64,000 bases of DNA from Acaryochloridaceae cyanobacterium VAR_48_metabat_390. GTDB lineage: Bacteria > Cyanobacteriota > Cyanobacteriia > Thermosynechococcales > Thermosynechococcaceae. The position numbers were made by a program, and so were the translations under genes. The notes under the pieces are model-generated. The model did not search any database, was not told the origin of the DNA, and was given only the letters and a program-made list of their open reading frames with translations. Positions 60,940 to 64,000 of the stretch are shown piece by piece. Location of the stretch: assembly GCA_031422435.1 (NCBI GenBank), contig JANPLU010000030.1, positions 64,001 to 128,000 on the forward strand, read 5' to 3'. The first letter of the stretch is position 1. Every line of letters starts with the position of its first letter.

Positions 60940-62385
60940 ATGTCTTCTACCGCCCAACCGAATGCTCAAGCTGGCTCACTCTGGTCTATCAAGTACGAAC
61001 CTGCCTTTGAATCTTTAGGGGATGACTACGCTGATGCAGTAGTTGGGGCTGAATTTCCGCAGAATATTCTGCGATTTCGTAATGAAGATGTGTTGCAAAA
61101 AATTGGTCTAACCCCCGCACAGGTTTCTGACCAAGATTTTATCGAAGCTTTTGGACAATTTCGGGGTCGCAGTCCGCTGCTGGCAATGCGGTACCACGGC
61201 TACCAATTTGGGGAATATAACCCCAGACTGGGCGACGGACGTGGGTTCTTATACGGTCAGGTACGCGGACAAGATGGCGAACTGTATGACTTTGGCACCA
61301 AAGGGTCTGGCACTACGCCCTACTCTCGCGGCGGCGATGGACGACTGACCCTGAAGGGCGGGGTACGCGAGGTAGTTGCGTCTGAGGCGCTACATCACTA
61401 TGGCGTGAGAACCTCTCGATGCTTGAGCCTGATTGAAACGGGCGAAGATCTTTGGCGCGGTGACGAACCCTCTCCGACGCGATCTTCAACGATGGTGCGC
61501 TTTAGCCGCTCCCACATTCGGTTTGGTACCTTTGAGCGGCTTCATGCTCTCCAGCGCCCCGACCTCATTGGCAAGCTGCTCGATCACGTTATTGACACCT
61601 ACTATAGCCATCTTTCTGCCGACCCCGATCGCTACGCTAAGTTTTACGCTGAGTTAGTTCAGCGCACGGCTAAACTAGTTGCCCAATGGATGTCTGTCGG
61701 TTTTTGCCATGCGGTACTGAATACCGACAATATGTCGATTACCGGAGAAAGTTTCGACTATGGGCCGTTTGCCTTTATTCAAACCTACGATCTGAAGTTT
61801 GCAGCGGCTTACTTTGACTACTATGGGCGCTACAGCTACGGCAATCAGCCAGGAATTTGCCGCTGGAATTTAGAAATGCTTCAGAAGCCTTTGGGGATGG
61901 TGATGCCTGCTGCTGATCTAGATGCTGGGCTGCAATGCTTTGAGGATGCCTACTACAGCACCTATCGCCAGCGGATGATGCAAAAGCTGGGGTTTGCGCA
62001 GGCTGATACGCCTGATGCGGAAGCGCTGTTGGTCAGTACGCTAGAGTTTTTGCAGGCGACCCAGGTGGGCTATCACGACTTTTTTTCAGCCCTGCGCCAG
62101 TCGTTTTCGCCGCTATGGTATACCGATGCAGGCCATATTTTAAACGATGTCGAGGTTGTGGCAAAGCCGGAGTGGGCGGAGCGATTAGAGACTTGGCGGC
62201 AGCTTTACCATCGCTTGCTGACGCAGCATCCTGAGTCAGAAATGCCGGAAGTTGCAGAACGTCTGCGTCGACATAACCCGCTCACAGTGCCCGTGCGACC
62301 TGAAATTGAGCGGGTGTGGGAGGCGATCGCCACCACCGATAACTGGCAGCCTTTCTATGACTTACTCAAACAGTTTCCAAAATAG
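60940..62385 (+). CDS. selO: YdiU/SelO protein adenylyltransferase
   Basis: YHGYQFG...[33 protein letters not shown]. Confidence 0.93.
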   Translation: MSSTAQPNAQAGSLWSIKYEPAFESLGDDYADAVVGAEFPQNILRFRNEDVLQKIGLTPAQVSDQDFIEAFGQFRGRSPLLAMRYHGYQFGEYNPRLGDGRGFLYGQVRGQDGELYDFGTKGSGTTPYSRGGDGRLTLKGGVREVVASEALHHYGVRTSRCLSLIETGEDLWRGDEPSPTRSSTMVRFSRSHIRFGTFERLHALQRPDLIGKLLDHVIDTYYSHLSADPDRYAKFYAELVQRTAKLVAQWMSVGFCHAVLNTDNMSITGESFDYGPFAFIQTYDLKFAAAYFDYYGRYSYGNQPGICRWNLEMLQKPLGMVMPAADLDAGLQCFEDAYYSTYRQRMMQKLGFAQADTPDAEALLVSTLEFLQATQVGYHDFFSALRQSFSPLWYTDAGHILNDVEVVAKPEWAERLETWRQLYHRLLTQHPESEMPEVAERLRRHNPLTVPVRPEIERVWEAIATTDNWQPFYDLLKQFPK

Positions 62386-62402
62386 CGGCCGCTTGGTTCT
62401 GT

Positions 62403-62742
62403 TTATTCAGCAGACTTGTCAGTCAGGCTTTCTCGTGGGGTTTTGAGGGTGAGGGGGTGGACTGTCTCTAGCGCAGCAGCAGACTACTTGAGTAACTGCG
62501 ATCGCATCTTTTCACTCAGCCCCTGCACCTGAGTAAAATCTGCCCCCGCAATACTCTCAAACTGCTCAAACTGCACATTTGCCCAGTTCAGTCAGGAAAG
62601 CTAAAAAAGTGCGGGTGTCTGGTTTGCCTAGCAAACGGTGCATCCTTTGGATAGGGTCGCGGATAAATCGGGAAATTCTAAAGTTCATATTCAGGTCGTC
62701 GCAGCCATGTCAATATGCTTGCGAACTACGTGATGTAAGCAT
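62403..62742 (-). pseudogene. Remnant of a pentapeptide-repeat-type protein gene
   Basis: Frame A: MLTSRSSQAY*...RFIRDPIQRMHRLLGKPDTRTFLAFLTELG. After a frame change near 62580: NVQFEQFESIAGADFTQVQGLSEKMRSQLLK*SAAALETVHPLTLKTPRESL, a typical pentapeptide-protein C-cap. Confidence 0.5.
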
Positions 62743-62868
62743 CTTTAAAATTCTTCTAGAGGCGTTAAGGATCGTTATTTTGTTTCTCATATTTAGGGCA
62801 GCAAATTTAAGTCTTCCACTCTCTAAGACCTGGGAACCGTTTAAAGTTTGTCAACCCCTATCTAATCT

Positions 62869-63603
62869 ATGTATAAGCCCTTCCTCAAGCATCTAGAGCA
62901 ATCCCTCTTTCAACGGTTTGAGCTACAAAGCCGTCCTATCCCAGCAGACCTAGAGGCTCAAATCAGTGTGCGCGGTAAAAACCCAGCCACCATCCGAAGC
63001 TGGTGCTACGAGTGCCCTGAATTTCGGAAAATTCGCTACACCTACATTGACGCGGGTGCTAGCGCCCAAATCTTCAATAGCGTGATTTATCCCGGTCATA
63101 ATTCTGAATTGCCCCTGCTAGGTATCGACTTTCTGTCCTTTGGGCAAGTCAAAAACCTGATTGTGATGGACTTTCAGCCCCTGTTTCAAGATGAGGCGTA
63201 TCTCAAAAAGTATATCCATCCGCTCAAGGCGCTTCACGAAGCCTATCCAGATCTCGCCCAAAATCTAGAGATGAAGTTCTACGACGCAAATCAGTATTTT
63301 TCTAAATATCTACTGTTTGCCAAGACAGACCCAGAAACGGTTAAAACACGAGTCTTTGAGGCGTTCAAAGACTATCTAAACCTTTACTGGAAAATGCTGG
63401 AGGAAAGCACACCGCTAACCGATCCGTCAGATATTCAGCGCATTGTGAAGGCTCAAAAAGACTACGACCAGTACAGCGCCGACCGTGACCCCGCTTCGGG
63501 TCTATTCAGCAGCTATTTTGGGCATGAGTGGTCAGAGAAGTTCCTGTACGGATTTTTGTTTGAGGATGCCAAGCCTCTTGCTGTTGCCTCCGCCGTAAGG
63601 TAG
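62869..63603 (+). CDS. pebA: 15,16-dihydrobiliverdin:ferredoxin oxidoreductase
   Basis: [37 protein letters not shown]. Confidence 0.93.
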   Translation: MYKPFLKHLEQSLFQRFELQSRPIPADLEAQISVRGKNPATIRSWCYECPEFRKIRYTYIDAGASAQIFNSVIYPGHNSELPLLGIDFLSFGQVKNLIVMDFQPLFQDEAYLKKYIHPLKALHEAYPDLAQNLEMKFYDANQYFSKYLLFAKTDPETVKTRVFEAFKDYLNLYWKMLEESTPLTDPSDIQRIVKAQKDYDQYSADRDPASGLFSSYFGHEWSEKFLYGFLFEDAKPLAVASAVR

Positions 63604-63635
63604 TTCAAGTCTTTATCCTTCGCCACCCTTCCCAA

Positions 63636-64000
63636 ATGACGCTTTATCAGCCCTTTTTAAACTATGCGATCGCCCTTCTTCAGGAGCGCATAGATTTACA
63701 GCCTTACCCCATTCCGGCGGGGTTTGAGTCAAAATCGGCGATGGTGGGTAAGGGTAAGCATCAAGATGAAGTGCTGACGACCAGCTACGGCTATCAGACG
63801 CCTAAGCTGCGGCAAATTCGTGCAGCTCATGTGCAGGGGGGCAATACGCTTCAGGTGCTAAATTTTGTGATTTTCCCCCACCTAAATTACAATCTGCCCT
63901 TTTTTGGCGCGGATTTGGTGACGCTACCAGGGGGGCACCTCATTGCCCTAGATATGCAGCCGCTCTTTCACGATCTGGCTTATCAGGCGAAGTACAGCGA
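63636..64000 (+). CDS. pebB: Phycoerythrobilin:ferredoxin oxidoreductase (partial, runs off the window edge)
   Basis: Translated by hand: MTLYQPFL...[23 protein letters not shown]...[24 protein letters not shown]. Confidence 0.93.
   Translation, partial: MTLYQPFLNYAIALLQERIDLQPYPIPAGFESKSAMVGKGKHQDEVLTTSYGYQTPKLRQIRAAHVQGGNTLQVLNFVIFPHLNYNLPFFGADLVTLPGGHLIALDMQPLFHDLAYQAKYS

Larger units (their letters stand above)
1..64000. repeat. HIP1 octamer GCGATCGC, dispersed across the window
   Basis: Many copies in coding and intergenic DNA (for example near 270, 1010, 1701, 8501, 14913, 57136, 57250). Confidence 0.95.

Noticed and set aside
62555..62690. CcaR G-box or RcaC L-box upstream of pebA
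   Set aside because: Only loose half-site matches with wrong spacing, and they fall inside the pseudogene remnant
1..64000. CRISPR arrays, tRNA/rRNA, IS elements, and the many antisense shadow ORFs of 60-180 aa
   Set aside because: No regularly spaced repeats, cloverleafs or transposase motifs were seen; shadow ORFs overlap well-supported genes and lack motifs

Overview
Cyanobacterial chromosomal DNA: HIP1 octamer GCGATCGC is frequent, and it carries beta-carboxysome genes and pebAB (so probably a phycoerythrin producer). In order: a minus-strand chemosensory operon (patA-cheY-cheW-MCP-MCP-cheA, cheA cut by the window edge); a CO2-concentrating-mechanism locus (raf1, mcdB-mcdA, cupB-ndhD4-ndhF4, ccmK2-K1-L-M-N-O, RbcR-type box, no rbcLXS) that is interrupted by a Septu-like ATPase+HNH pair and a pRiA4b-ORF3-like Zn-binding protein; a desiccation/stress cluster (Lti-like, LEA-like, YegS kinase, dps, psb35); a candidate ~75-nt sRNA with a class II CRP-type promoter; an AT-rich pair of a divergent desaturase and an atypical CFA/CNMT-family methyltransferase; then mostly housekeeping genes (catalase, glgP, gcvP, mlaE, argG, msrA, rnhB, selO, pebA, pebB partial). 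Features missing from the ORF track: cheA, pebB, the sRNA, a 49-aa membrane peptide, two GTAG-type REP palindromes and a pentapeptide-protein pseudogene. No rRNA, tRNA, CRISPR array, transposase or reverse transcriptase was seen. All calls come from motif recognition by eye; no database searches were run.
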